Positions 25,792 to 38,991 are shown, numbered from the stretch's first letter. The stretch is DNA of 64,000 nt from Patellaria atrata CBS 101060 (GCA_010093705.1 MU006093.1:189785-253784); one strand, 5' to 3'. The notes: generated by a model not told the origin, from the sequence alone. Numbers and translations are program-made.

Positions 25792-26855
25792 AATCAGAAA
25801 ACTAAGCATGTGGGGGAAGGCCGGGTTCAAGAGTCGGTGTGGATGTAGACTTTATTACCATAGGCACGAAGATGGGTCTCTCTATGGGGAAGACGCTTGA
25901 GACGGTAGAATGCGGTCTTTTTGGGCATGGTATATATGCACGCAAGAAGATGAAGCGCTCGAGAAGGGATAGAGGTTGAACAACGGTTTGGACTTTGGTG
26001 GGATAGGATAGTAGATCCGATTCGAAGGGATCTCGCCAAGTTCCTTCTCTTCATTCGACATGGATTCGGTACAACAGTATACCGTACGGAAATATACTAG
26101 AAGGATGGCAGCATTTTCCATGGTCAACGACATAGACAAACAAGTACAATATCATACAGTACAACTATGGACATGCGTTGTACAATAGAGTACCTTTGTA
26201 CCCAATGGTATAACTGAGCATTGCAGTTAGCATATCAAATTCGGAGTAGCTCGTGCTTCACTTTTAACAATAAGAAGAGAAAAATGCGCGGAGGCAGGGC
26301 GGCCAATACTATACAGTACTCTACTGTCATCTACAGTATAGATCTTCAAGTGGACCTGGCCGTGACAACACATCACACTCGGCGCCGGTCCATCATGACT
26401 TGCATACATAAGTTCTAGTTCTACACCAGTGATACCGTAGAGACGAATCACCCGCCCCTGTTTTCTTTCGTAGTTCTGATCAGTTTCGGGTCTCGCAAAG
26501 GGTCCCAGGTAAAGGATGACAGTCTATGATTTGCCATCTGTTTCTCTCTGACACCGCTATGCATGTTGCCATCCCGCATTTGTGGCATCACTGCTACTCT
26601 ACTGTACTGTACTGCCGCCTCAACTTCAAACTTAGGTTCCGTTCCTCAACAGCCATGGACATGAACCTCCACTTTCGATGTCTTGCTTGTCTCGCATATC
26701 CCGACTACCTTCACCTTGGATAATCTTTAATCACCACCCTTCGCTTTTACTTGTGCGTTCTCATACCATACGCATTGATTTTTAACGAAACCCTTCTCTG
26801 AGAGTCGTACGGACCTGTAACGGAGCAAACCTTCTGCATAATTGTCCATCCTGAT

Positions 26856-27655
26856 ATGGATACACACCCAAGCTGTGCTATCTGTAGCGGTCCTGCTGAA
26901 CCGGAATGTCCTTGTGAGTCTGACAGGCTTCAGATCGCTGTAAAACAAGCTGAAGGGAGAGCGTTCGATAAGAGACTACAGGAGATCCGGTATGTCGTGA
27001 CCGAGAGTGCATCCCTACAACATGATCACTTCTTCACCTCTGCTACTTTGCCCGCGGTTGAAGTAGTGTTCAGTTCGATATTCTGATAATTATAAGGTGG
27101 TGCTAACTCTTCTACTCCTCTAGGGACTGGGTCGTCGAACGCTCGCGAGCCTATATCGTCCAATCTTTTACCAGTCTCACCAACTCACGCAAAGTAGCAC
27201 ATGCAACCTACCTGACTTCCCTCCCTTATTATTCCATATATATGCAGTACGGCGGCCACCCTCCACTTCATCCTGCCGCCCTGCACCATCTAAACCAACA
27301 GATCCTAGACGCAAATCATGAACTCAAGCGCGGTATCGATGCAGACTGGCGTGCCTCTGTCATGCGTTACCCGGAAGTACTCGATTATTATTACTCACTC
27401 ATCGAACTAAGGATGCCTAGCGACAAAGCAAGCAGCGTAATAGAGGGCCCAAGCGGATATAAGGATCGCGAGAAGGATGTCAAAAGAGAAAAGAAGAGAA
27501 GGAGCGAGAGAGAAGTGACGGCACCACCGATGGAGAGACCTAGTGGCAGGAGAAGAGACAGTGGGACTGCGAAGTTGAAGGCACCCCCGGTGGTTCCTAC
27601 GCCACCTATTATGCCGGGAGGGTACGGTGGATCGGGTGGTTATTATGGGTATTAA
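26856..27655 (+). CDS. Conserved fungal hypothetical protein with an N-terminal CxxC...CxC motif
   Basis: MDTHPSCAIC...ECPCESDRL; intron at 26990-27123 joins it in frame to RDWV...KRGIDADWRASVMRYPEVLDYYYSL, followed by a basic Pro/Gly/Tyr tail. Confidence 0.8.
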
Positions 27656-28603
27656 AGACATAATCGACCTAGGAATTGGGCTATATGTTGCCCACAGATG
27701 CCGACATATCGCACTGGACGTGAGAGACATTTGATGATTGCAATTCACGAGTTTTGAAATTGATAAGCATGGCGATGGCGTATTGTAGCTCCTTGGGCAT
27801 CTTTTTCTTTTTCGTTTTTTCTGGCATTCAGCACTACGTTTTCTACTATTCTCTTCTCATCTTTCAATGTGTCTTTCCATTTAGACCTATCTGTCTACTA
27901 TTTCGGTGTTGTAGGACGTTTGAAATTCCTACAAGATGGACGCTGATGTACATATTGCAATAATCAATCTATCAAGTGCTAGAGGTTTTTCTTACTTATA
28001 GAGAGCGACGACTGTTATCACATCCTGTTGCTTGGTATTATGCTAGTATATTTTAAAAATACTCGCGAAACATACTTACGATGGAGGCATGATTTTGTAT
28101 GCATGCTCACCTTGTGGTACGGGTGTCTGTTATAGCGGGAAGGTGATATTACTATTCCTAAACGTCCTTTCTCTCCATCTCAGTTCTCGAATTCGGGTAC
28201 ACCTTTATTAGCCTTGTAGAATCTTTATGAATCCCACGCCTTCTTCATCAACATCTTCTTCTTTAAACACCCCGTTATCCCTCTTTCCTTCTGGATGGGC
28301 TGTATACGGAATCAAAAGACCTTCCGTTGGCTGCCACAGACTCCCATCCTTGTACGCTCAAAGTTTCGAATAACAACTTCAGGAAATCGACAATATTGTC
28401 CTCTGAATCAAAGGGTAAGACCTTGCCCTACAGATAAGACAACCCGCATTCCAAAAGGTCTGGTTTGTAATGCTTGGAGATCTTCCTCTAAACGTGACCC
28501 TTTCCATATGGTCGGGTGAGACTCCCGAGCAGATTACGTCAGTAACTGTTCAAACAAAACCCCTTCATCAAACAAATGCCTCATGAGTACCTAAACCCTG
28601 ATC

Positions 28604-28730
28604 ACTTTCAATTCTGGCGGCAATAGCTGAGTAGTGGCATTTCCTTTGTCATATTTCCTTCAGTCAAATTTCTTATCAGTCAAATTTCTAAGTCCTTAGT
28701 TCGAGCCCCGGCTCCGCCAGAATATAAAGT
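28604..28730. repeat. Short element bounded by a 17-bp imperfect inverted repeat, with an internal direct repeat
   Basis: ACTTTCAATTCTGGCGG (28604-28620) pairs with CCGCCAGAATATAAAGT (28714-28730) at 15 of 17 positions. TCAGTCAAATTTCT occurs twice inside. Confidence 0.5.
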
Positions 28731-31079
28731 TAAATGCGTTCGCCGGGTCATAACTTTCCCTCTACGGAGGTTTTCTTTTGCAATTTCTTTCCCGCTTTTT
28801 TTTTTTTAATCCTCTAAGGTTTCGAGTATGAAAAGAGCCAGAGAAGTTGAGGATAGAACATCACAACCTCCTATAATATCTAATACGCATCTTTAAACTC
28901 AACAACCACCTATCTCCGCCGTCCACAGCATGCAATCCATCTAATAAACTAATCTTTCATCTTTAGAACCGCATGATTCTCCATTTTTATTTCAATTGTT
29001 TTGCCATAGATGTGCTTTCGGCTGGTTCTGGTGTTGTGACTGGAAATGCCATCCGCGCTTCACACCCATCTCCTCTCTCTTGATAATCGCTAACAAAACG
29101 ATGGTCCGATTATGCCCCTCAGGATATCATGCATATCTAGGCTTGGACAGTCAGCTCCTATTTGACTTATATACGTTCAACTTGGTGGATCAATTCATAC
29201 AGAACTGCCGTGTTTGACTTGCTCTACAGTCCTCTTGCACGACATTGTTCAAGGACCGTTTCAGAATTCGAGTGACCTCCCAACCGCTGTTCATACCTCT
29301 TATGGTGAATATCGGAGTTCAGGAGTTCCGCGTCAGTAAATCGTCATTCGTGCTCAATTTGATTCCACGCTCGATAGAGCCATTGCAGATGGACAGAGGT
29401 CATGGTTGCGTTCGGGGTAGTAAGACTAGGGTGGCCGACCAGAAGTTCGAGAGGATGCGGGTAGGGATGATGTTGGCCAATTGTGCTGGTGGTTGGGGAC
29501 TGCGAAGCCATCGTGAGGTCGGGAAATCTCTCGCTGGCCTTCTACCAGGGTCTTAGTCGACACATATTCGATCTTACTAATCGAGATGTTATACTGCTCT
29601 AGTTCATCCACTCTTCTCTTGGACAAAGATCGTTCCGGATGGAATTGGAACGGTCTCGCTCGCAATTGCTGGTTCTTGTAAGTCTTCTTTAATTCATGCT
29701 GGCGTCAGAGCTGTTTCCACCCACAAACTTCGATACAGGGCTTTAGTGCGCTGCATCAGATATTGTCAAAACTGAAATCATGATAGTACCGGCCGTTGCG
29801 ATGGTTGATGAGTGTACGCCTCACCATCTCTCCCACAATTCGCATTTCTGTTATTACCAAACCACTGGTTTTCTTCTTCCCCTTCCAGGCAAGAGATAAT
29901 GATCATTAGCATGACCGCTGTCCCGGAGCCGCATGTATTTTCAGTCCAACGTGCCTCCATGGTTAATATACGATTAGCCCAAATGTACCTGTTCAACAAC
30001 TGAAGGTCAGGAGGATCTCCGGATGCATTTCAATTCGAACTAGATCTAACTTTCCACCTGAAATAGCTCTATGTGCATTCTAACGCTGAAAGAGCTGTGT
30101 GTAAAGGGCATTTAGTTAGTCCCGAACGGATGCTCTATGACCCAGTCAAGAAATTTCTTTCACTGTCCCCGTCTATTCGCGAAAGAAGTTTAGTCATCAT
30201 ACCACTAGTGTTCAATACACGTGTGGATATCGACTAGATCATGAGTATTCCTTCCACCACACCACCACTTTCTGCTTTGAACGTTACTGTAATGCAAAAT
30301 CGCGTTTAATAAGCGTGGGCTACCGTTGTCCTTGCCGGTTCTAATGATCAAATGCTGGATAGCAATACAATAATCTTACTACTGTAACCTGCTTATCCCC
30401 ACTCGAAAATATTCTCCCTGGAGCGAGATATTCTGCTTTCTTCAACTGGTAGAAGCATTTGCGAGCTCTTTGAAATTGTATTCGGAGGCATATATATTAG
30501 AAAAGGTACAAAAAAGAGAAGACACACTCCGATCTCTAAATGCTTGCTGAACAATTACTGATGGACAGTCGAATCTACTGTATCGTAAGTTTTTTAAGTA
30601 TATCTGTTTAACGACCATAAAAATCCGACTGGATCGCTCAGCTTAATCTATTACGTACGGGGTATAGCCCAGATATATCCGTGCAGACGCATGTTGCAAA
30701 CTGAATGCATAAATTCATGAACGTCGATCTGTTAGCCGAAGGTTAAGATTCGACAGTGAAAGTCGATAGGGACGTACAAAACACGACTATCATTTGAAGA
30801 TTTTAGCTACTACTGGCCCAAGCCATGAAACTAACCGGGAAAAACCTCGTGTAGAGATGGCTTTAGCGTCCCTCATCCACCAGTCCTTCGCTTAAAGCAC
30901 GACGAGCAGCCACTGGGACTGCCACTGGTCTTCAGAATCCAGTCTACACGATGTTAGATTATTAGTCTGATAGGATTTGACGTTTTGTATAGTACCTCAT
31001 TTGAAGGGTTGTATACTCGCCTTCGAAGAATATCGTTTGCTTTCCCACGGACACTTCTTCTATACCGGAAATTGCATCC

Positions 31080-32812
31080 TCAATGCCTGATGCGGAAACC
31101 TAAATCTTCGTCGATTTCGGGGTACATGTCTCTGATCGATTTATCAAGACTCCAGTTGTCAGGATTTGTGGCATGTTCGATGAAGGCGTTTGTCAGAACG
31201 CGGCGGCCAGTGAGAGAGTCTACGCTCACAGCTGATTCGATACTGTACGGCCATCCAACACTGGTTGCTCCACTGTGCAGGGTTCCTGGCGAAAGCCAGT
31301 CCCTGTACTGGCCCAAAAGAGCTTCTCTAATAACTGGGCTGGGGGAAAGGTGGTTAGGAGCAAAATCTGAAGAATGTCCTCATGAGAACTTACTGTGGAA
31401 CTAAATCCAGCGGCATCGCATGAGGGAGACAGCGTTGATGCCTTGTTGGGCGAATCATTGGAGGCATTAATGCGTACAGCTCAGCCGTGGGTAAAATGTT
31501 CCAGCGCATATAGGCCGTATACAGAGCACAAGAAGCCAACAGGACGAAGATGTCGAAATCGCTTACGCTCTTCAAAACCTCGCAGGCCCATGAGTCCGCA
31601 TTGTGAGGTGGGTCCTGATCGTTGCGATCGCGAAAGAAAAGCTCGACGTCAAATTGAGGTGCGTGACCAATGACAACATGGGCTGGAGTTCCGTTCGCGA
31701 TCATCTTTCTCGCTCCATCTCGAAAACTAAAGAACAAATTTGACATTGGAGTATTATCCGACCAGATACATGACGGAATGGCGTACTCGTGGGTCTGTAA
31801 GTTGAGCATCTGTTGAACCTGTACATCCATAGGGTAGTGGTTTGCTTGGACAGCACTTGATAGAGGGAGGTTTCCAAACCGGTGCACTGCACCAGTGGGT
31901 AGTTGGCGCTCATGCCATTCATAGCGGGCAAAGGGGTAAGTGGAAGATTCAGGACTGTTGGAAGGGGAAGGCACCGCAGACTGCTACGTGTCAACCGAGC
32001 ACAGAGACGGTTGAAGAATCAGTAAACCACATACCTGGGTATCATCAGAAATGCCGGCAACTCGGGCGCAGGAGAATCTCTGGAGCAGCTCAGCTTTTGC
32101 GGCTTGAGCTTGAGGGTTAAGGTGACTGGTCGCAAATACCTGAGATTCTTGCGGAAGGTCTTCCGTTGCTGTGGAGGTTATCTCTTGCCCTGCGTGAGCA
32201 AGAGCCGGAACCCCATCAGCAATTCCGCCTTCCTCGAACGCATCAGTTGCACGGTGTTTTCCCTGTTGCCGACTAGATCGGGCCGTGGCATTCTCATGCA
32301 CCGGCAACTGATAATTCTTGTTGAAGCGTCTGAGGATCTCTTCTGGCGGTTCGTTTGCGGTTAATTGAGCTAGAATGTCGACCCTGACGTCCGTCGAACC
32401 AGAGCGCAGGTGTTCGAAAAGGGCCTTGTAGGAATCTAGCTGTTCCTGAAGCTCCCTATTGGCACGATGGATGCTCTGACCTCGGGTCTCTCCAGCTTCG
32501 GCGATGTAAACACACTTGGTGCTGAATTGAATGCATTTTCCACATACAGGCCGTGATCCATCACACTAGCGACTGTTGAGTGCACCGATTTAGGGGAATT
32601 GAATTGCAATAAGGATACAGGATGAAGAAATGATTTACCTTGCTTTTCCGGCTGCGACACTTATCACATGCGACTTGAGTGAGTTTAGTTCTCTTTGCCA
32701 CCGATGCTGATATCGATGACATATCGTCGGCTTCTCTGGTTGCCATGCTCTGTGATGCATTCCGATTCCGAACCGATGACTCGGATTCAGATGATCGGGT
32801 GGACGGCGGCAT
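31080..32812 (-). CDS. Zn(II)2Cys6 transcription factor with a C-terminal DUF3425-type domain, 4 exons
   Basis: After splicing the intron at about 32566-32638, the cluster reads CDKCRSRKSK|CDGSRPVCGKCIQFSTKCVY. The C-terminus has MIRPTRHQRCLPH...DLVP...REAL...W...NWSLD. Further introns lie near 31983-32034 and 31339-31393. Confidence 0.88.
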
Positions 32813-33824
32813 ACAGTGGTTTTCTATGTTAGCGCGGTTATGAAAGAAGATGGAGGAAGGGTTGATGACTGGATGGTATGTACGGAGCCAGGACTCCGCC
32901 GTCCAAGGAATACAGAAACAGGTTAATCTGGAAATGTGCGCTCAAGTAAAGTGAATGTAAGGTAAGTTTAGCGGGGTCGGCTAACAATAGGTAAGTTAAG
33001 TATCCTAAGGGGAAAGTAAGTACAGTACCGACTCGGGTAGATAATAGGTGATATAAGGAAGAGTACAGTAATTGTCTTACATAAGGTAACTATAAAGTAT
33101 ACTACAGCCCAGTAGTTCTACTAAGGCGCAATAACCCATGGATACAGTAGCCCGAGTGGAGGAGGCAATATCTGAATAATAAATTTCAGTCAGGCTACCT
33201 ATATGATGTCATATCATAGTTCTAGTCCTGACCAGAATGCCTATAGTACGGAGTACATCTAGGAATAAATGAAACTACCTTATAGAGCTACGAGCATCTT
33301 GGAAAACGGATACAAAAGTTCAAGAGGTCAAGTTTATTTCCTCCAAGTAACAAGGTTTATAAGGACAGAAATTAGAGGATAGACCATATTTGATTGGTCA
33401 GATTTGATATCATCCCCGCTCCCAGTCGTGTCGTGAGCGACAACGTAATCTCCTAATAAAGTTAGTGTATCTATCATTGTTTACGTGGCGAAAGATTGTT
33501 ACGGAGTGCTTAAGAGAGTAGTGGTTCGCAGCAGTGAGAAACAGAGAATAGAATCATCTTCAATACACTATTATTAGCTAATAAGAATAGTGATACAATT
33601 TGATATTAAAAGAACTTTTTTCTGACGACTTGCTAGGCTTCCAATAGCTACATTACGTAGTTACAACGCTCTATAGCAAACTTCGTATTGAATTGGATCA
33701 CTATATCACAGGATCAAGATCTATTTTATATTGTGCACACCATACTGCCGTAAAGAGAAAGTAGGTAGCTAGGGAGTGAAACGTCTCAAAACTTACGGTA
33801 ATTATCATACCGAATTAACCATTG

Positions 33825-35044
33825 CTACTTCGACAGGAAAGAAAGAACTGCCAAAGACATGGCATCAGTACCAGCCTATAATGTACGTTCGATATTCGGT
33901 GCGAAGAAGGGTTGATGATTCTTCGGTATCTCGCCCTCAGTATCTCCACTTCCGCCAAAATTCCAGTAGGTGTATGGGATATTGTGTTTAGACCCAAGTA
34001 TCGAGGAGTCTTTCACATGCTCTCGTTAATTTTATAGGGACCAAGTTCAAGCCGAAATAAGAATCAAACACTTGCTGGATTCGAGCGGTAATAGCTTGGT
34101 CGTTGCTGGTTAATGGTGCGCGTACCGAAACCTTGGAACGACGGGTCTTTGGGTGTTCCAACGGCACGGCATTCTTCTCTGATCTTTTGTTCGATGAGCT
34201 CCCGAGCTCTTTTTTGAACACTGGGTCGAATGCTTCTCACGTCGAGTAGAAAATGCGCATACGCCACATAATCATTCCTGGAATCCCAGCGTGGAAGCCC
34301 CAACATGCTACTGAAAAATCATCGTCCGGTTCGATACGCTGAGGAATATAGTCATCGAGCTGGGGAATGGTTCTCATGGACAAGAGTATCGGGTCAACGC
34401 AAGCTTGAGGGTTAACGCTCTGGCAAGGTCCACCAATAACGCGGACATTGATGGAATCTGCGGCGACCAAGACGGGGCCTGATTTGACCGCTCTTCAGCG
34501 GCACGACATATTGGCCGAGCATAAGATCTGGAATAGAGACCATCATCAACCATCGCTTGAGCTTCCCCAGTTTCTTCTTCGGCAGGCTGAAACAGGGTTA
34601 TCAGAGTTCCGCTCCATCGTTTCTCTGCTGCCTTGATAAGAGCTGATGCGGCGAGCAGTGAAGCCATATTCATGTCATGGCCGCAAGCATGCATCACCGG
34701 ACTTCCTTACCGTAGCGGTCAATCATCCGTTTGGTACTTCTGTAAGGGAGGTCAGTCTGTTCTTCAATGGGAAGAGCATCTAATTCCGCGCAGGTTAGGA
34801 CGGCCTCTCCCGGTCCATTCTTGAGTACACCGACAACGCCATGACCACCAATATGGTTGTGGGCTTCGAAACCTAGTCTTTCCAGATGTTCCTTGACGGT
34901 AGCGGCCGTTTCCAACTCCAAGCTCGACATCTCTGGATTACAATGTACACGCCGATAGAAATTTTCGTATACTGAGAGATCCGGGCGAAACTCTTCGATG
35001 ATAGCATTAAGAGACAATGTTTTAGGAGACTTGGTCATCGACAT
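33825..35044 (-). pseudogene. M20D amidohydrolase (hippurate-hydrolase/Acy1-like) pseudogene
   Basis: H.NPE.S, GGHGVVGVLKNGPG, AELDALP, MHACGHD, FQPAEE and NH.PFFAP are spread over several frames. There are about 5 frameshifts without splice signals and an in-frame TAG near the C-terminus (ERTL*AGTDAM). Confidence 0.85.
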
Positions 35045-35849
35045 GTCGCTTTTTAGTGGTCGCTGTACGGAAATTCCGTCTAGAATCAACGCTAGTTAGA
35101 TTGATTTGATTTCTGTGAACATTGGACTTACGGTTCATTGCGATGACAGTTCACAGCGAGAGATGGAAAAGTCCACCACAGCGAAATATGAAACAGCAAT
35201 TACGATTTGGATATCGAACTATGGGGACGGGTTGTTCCTTTTATGTGGAGCTGCGCAGCTACCGGCTTGTCAATGATGCCCGAGAACCCGAGGCACCGGC
35301 CGGATAGTAATTCTATTAGCAACTCGGCAGCTTTGTCTATGAATCTACGCCCCGCCCGTCCATGCATTAAGTCTGGTGCGTCGCCAAGTGGAGAAGGATA
35401 GAACTATCGGGACCGAGCCGACTGACAAAAAAAAAAATAGTCGAAGGCATCGAAACATCATTCGAGTCATCGAAGACTTAATCCACGAGGACACAGGTAG
35501 TTTCCTTGAGTGGGACGGCCAGATAACGCCCTTCTGACGTGTCAGGTGCTATTATTTCTTTCAAACCATGTCTTTGAAGTCCTGGACGGCGTATCTGGAT
35601 TAAGCCGCTCAACGTGCAGATTTTGCTTTCTGTCATGTTCTGACCTATGAAGGACTCAAGCTATGATCTTCCAATGTGCATGCTATTTATGCAAGAATGC
35701 AGCTAATCAGTCACATGATAGTATTAATCGAGATTATGGTACTGGAACCACTACACTGATAGGTAACATGCGATGGCGGTCTAACTAGATGATTATACAA
35801 ACAACATACTCCACGCGCTACTTTCCACACGGTTCTACGAATATATTTA

Positions 35850-38591
35850 CTACTGTGCTGTCAAAGTGACCTGGGCAGAAGAAAGGCCTGTACTGGTTGC
35901 CGTAACGGTGATTGATCCGGAGACTCCAGCCTTTGTGCGGACGATGACGAGAGCGAAGCCGTTGAATGCCTTTCGCGTCTTGGAAGGGAACGATACCATA
36001 TCAGCAGGGTCACCGTTATCAGTGGCGATGATTTCACCAGGGCCGGATAGAGAAAATGTAATTGCGTTACCTGCCTGTGGTATCACATCTCCTTTACTGT
36101 CTAGAACCGCGACAGTGATAAACGATAGATCGCTACCATCGGCATTGATTGTCGATCGATCAGCCGTCAGCTGTAGTTGGCTGGCTGCACCTGTAGTTCG
36201 CACTGTATTGTTCGCCCATGGATCGCCATTCTTATATGTAACTACGTTCAGTTCTCCGGATTGATAGACAACGTTGTCCCACCGGAAGCGGAAGTTTGAT
36301 GCTTCTTTTCTTTTCCGGCCTTGAGATTTTCCATTCAAAAACAACTCAGCTTCATCAGCCGCCGAGAATACATGGACGGGAGTAATTTGTCCCACCCGGT
36401 TGGGCCAGGTCCAGTGCGGAAGAATGTGCGCCATGCGGAGGTCGGGACGCCAACGCGATTGATACAGATAATAGCGGTCTTTCTTAAAGCCAGCTAGGTC
36501 TATAATTCCAAAGTAAGAACTACGGGCCGAGTAGTACGGTGTAGGCTCCCCCATGTAGTCCCAACCCGACCAGACGAACTCCCCAGCAACGAATGGATTC
36601 TTATCCTGCATTGTAAACACCTTATCCGCGGAAGAACCAAAGGGAGTTGTGTATAATTCGTATGCGCTGACCTGCCGTGTATTGGGGTTACCACCACCAC
36701 CAGCAGTGTCCTTCACCGGCGCACTGATTTCGTTCGTTACTGGAAACATATATGTTCCCCGCGTACTTAGAGCGGCTGCAGTCTCGCTGCTGAGTATCAT
36801 CTTATCCGGAAATTTAGTATGAAATTTAGGGTACATGGGTGGAGTTGTTATTCCTTGTGAGCCGGCATAGGGTGGTGTGTCTCGGATCCCTTCACCTTGG
36901 TAGTTTAAACTTATGAGATCCAAAATCTCGGGAAAAGGCATGTCCGGTTGTGCGGCATTCATCGAAGCTGTGCCTGGCCGAGTCCGATCCTCTTCATGCA
37001 CGATATCACGGAGCTTTCGGGCTACCGCAGCTCCAGTGGCACCAGTAGTCTGTTCTCCTACTTCGTTCCCGAAACTCCAAGCGATGATAGACGGATGATT
37101 TCGGTCACGACGGATGAATGAGCGGAGATCTGGTTCGTACCAATCCGGAAATATCAAATGAAAATCGTTAGCATTCTTTTGACGCTCCCAACAGTCGAAT
37201 ATTTCATCTATAACCAGAAATCCCATTCGATCTACCATGTCTAGTAATTCAGGGGCTGGCGGATTATGTGACATTCGGATCGCATTAGAACCCAGGTTGC
37301 GCAGGATTTCTAGCTGCCGTTCAGCTGCGCGACTGTTAAAAGCTGCGCCTAAAGCACCCAAGTCATGGTGTTGGTTGACGCCGCGGATGCGTATCAGTTC
37401 ACCATTGACTAGTAATCCTTTTCCGGCATCGTAAGTAAGAGAGCGAATACCAAAACGGGTTTCGTAAGTGTCCAGCGTTCTGTTATCAGCGTATAAACGC
37501 GTAACAGCTACATAAAGGTTGGGACGCTGGGTTGGCGGTGGACCCCACAACTGAGGACTGTTTACTGTAGCGGAGAAGTTTAATCCTACTGGCTGTCTCT
37601 GGCCTGTGGACATAGTCACTGTTCTCCGTGGAAATTCAGCTACCTTTTCTGCTATGACTCCACTCTCCGAGTCGAACGCATGTATATCCGTAGCCACCTC
37701 TATCAACCGACTAGTTGATCCTTTGTTTGCCAGTTTAATTGATAAATCAATCGTTGCGGATTGGGCGGAAACGTCTCTGTTCGTAATATATGTACCCCAT
37801 TGAGCTATATGGGTTGGATTTACCTTTGTGAGCCAAACGTTTCGATAAATACCGCCACCAGGATACCAGCGCGATGAATCTACAGGGTTATCCAACCGAA
37901 TAGCCAATTGGTTTTCACCGAGTTTGAGATATGGGGTAAGATCCAAACGGAATGAATTGTAACCGTAGGGCCAGCCGCCGACCAGGTTTGCATTAAGCCA
38001 AACCATGGCATAGGACATCGCACCATCAATATCCAAGTAGATCGTTTTGCCCTCATCCACCTCAGTCATAGTCAATTTGCGGCGATACCAAGATATTCCT
38101 TGGATGGGCAATCGACCCATACCGCCCCCAATGATAGGATTCTCCTCTGTGTAAAAGGGTCCTTTAATAGCCCAGTCGTGCGGCAAAGTAACATCTTCCC
38201 ACGTACTATCATCAAATGTTGCTTGCACAAATGGGACCTTTCTATCAGGTGTACCAGTAGGGCGTTGATGATGTTTAGCAGGATCATTGATAAAATCATT
38301 TGCTGAAGGAAGGATCCATGGCTTAAGGATAGTTAGGTCTTTCTGGTTAGACACGTCCGGGCGTAGGTCGTAAATCAAATTATCCGGGTTCTTTGTCGTG
38401 CGCAAGAACCGCCATCCAGTATTGATGCTTACACGTTGACGGCCGGTCAGGACTACGGAGGTATCCTGTTGACGGCTTTCAATTGTAAGTGCTTCGGCAT
38501 GTTGTTGCAAAACTAACAGAAATAGAAGTAGTAAAGTAAGTCTAAAAACATCATGTAGTTGGTAAAGAAGATACATTTTCAATGAATGCAT
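35850..38591 (-). CDS. Glycoside hydrolase family 2 (beta-galactosidase-like), secreted, intronless
   Basis: N-terminal signal peptide, LPHDWAI, SRWYPGGGIYRNV, GVNQHHDLGALG, IRMSHNPP, RDRNHPSIIAWSFGNE (acid/base Glu), ILSSET (nucleophile Glu) and GEFVWSGWDY.GEPTP. Confidence 0.93.
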   Translation of the reverse strand: MHSLKMYLLYQLHDVFRLTLLLLFLLVLQQHAEALTIESRQQDTSVVLTGRQRVSINTGWRFLRTTKNPDNLIYDLRPDVSNQKDLTILKPWILPSANDFINDPAKHHQRPTGTPDRKVPFVQATFDDSTWEDVTLPHDWAIKGPFYTEENPIIGGGMGRLPIQGISWYRRKLTMTEVDEGKTIYLDIDGAMSYAMVWLNANLVGGWPYGYNSFRLDLTPYLKLGENQLAIRLDNPVDSSRWYPGGGIYRNVWLTKVNPTHIAQWGTYITNRDVSAQSATIDLSIKLANKGSTSRLIEVATDIHAFDSESGVIAEKVAEFPRRTVTMSTGQRQPVGLNFSATVNSPQLWGPPPTQRPNLYVAVTRLYADNRTLDTYETRFGIRSLTYDAGKGLLVNGELIRIRGVNQHHDLGALGAAFNSRAAERQLEILRNLGSNAIRMSHNPPAPELLDMVDRMGFLVIDEIFDCWERQKNANDFHLIFPDWYEPDLRSFIRRDRNHPSIIAWSFGNEVGEQTTGATGAAVARKLRDIVHEEDRTRPGTASMNAAQPDMPFPEILDLISLNYQGEGIRDTPPYAGSQGITTPPMYPKFHTKFPDKMILSSETAAALSTRGTYMFPVTNEISAPVKDTAGGGGNPNTRQVSAYELYTTPFGSSADKVFTMQDKNPFVAGEFVWSGWDYMGEPTPYYSARSSYFGIIDLAGFKKDRYYLYQSRWRPDLRMAHILPHWTWPNRVGQITPVHVFSAADEAELFLNGKSQGRKRKEASNFRFRWDNVVYQSGELNVVTYKNGDPWANNTVRTTGAASQLQLTADRSTINADGSDLSFITVAVLDSKGDVIPQAGNAITFSLSGPGEIIATDNGDPADMVSFPSKTRKAFNGFALVIVRTKAGVSGSITVTATSTGLSSAQVTLTAQ

Positions 38592-38963
38592 GTCACTGGA
38601 ATTCCACGTCCAATCAAATACTTATATCTGTTTCTTGTCCTAACCTTCCGCTCCAAGTGAACTGTGCGCTTTCTTCGCTAAATGAAGCCTTCCAACTACA
38701 GCAGCATGATGGCGTCTTTAAATCATTTATAATGACCCCAGTTGGTAGTACTTATGTTTATGTGCAGCAAGTGTGCAGCAACGGAGAAATTTCATCCTCG
38801 AATAAAGAATTTCGGATATGAGATCTTAATGTAGAGGTAAACCGGCTCAATTAAAGCGGCCCGATTCGGCGACTCCATAGTTCGAAGAGAGGGGTAGAAG
38901 TGCATAACAGGATATAATATAGACATGAACTTTTAAAATTAAATGATGTCTCCTTTAAACGCG

Positions 38964-38991
<28 letters not shown>
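38964..38991. repeat. (TA)n microsatellite, about 14 units
   Basis: Read directly from the sequence. Confidence 0.95.
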
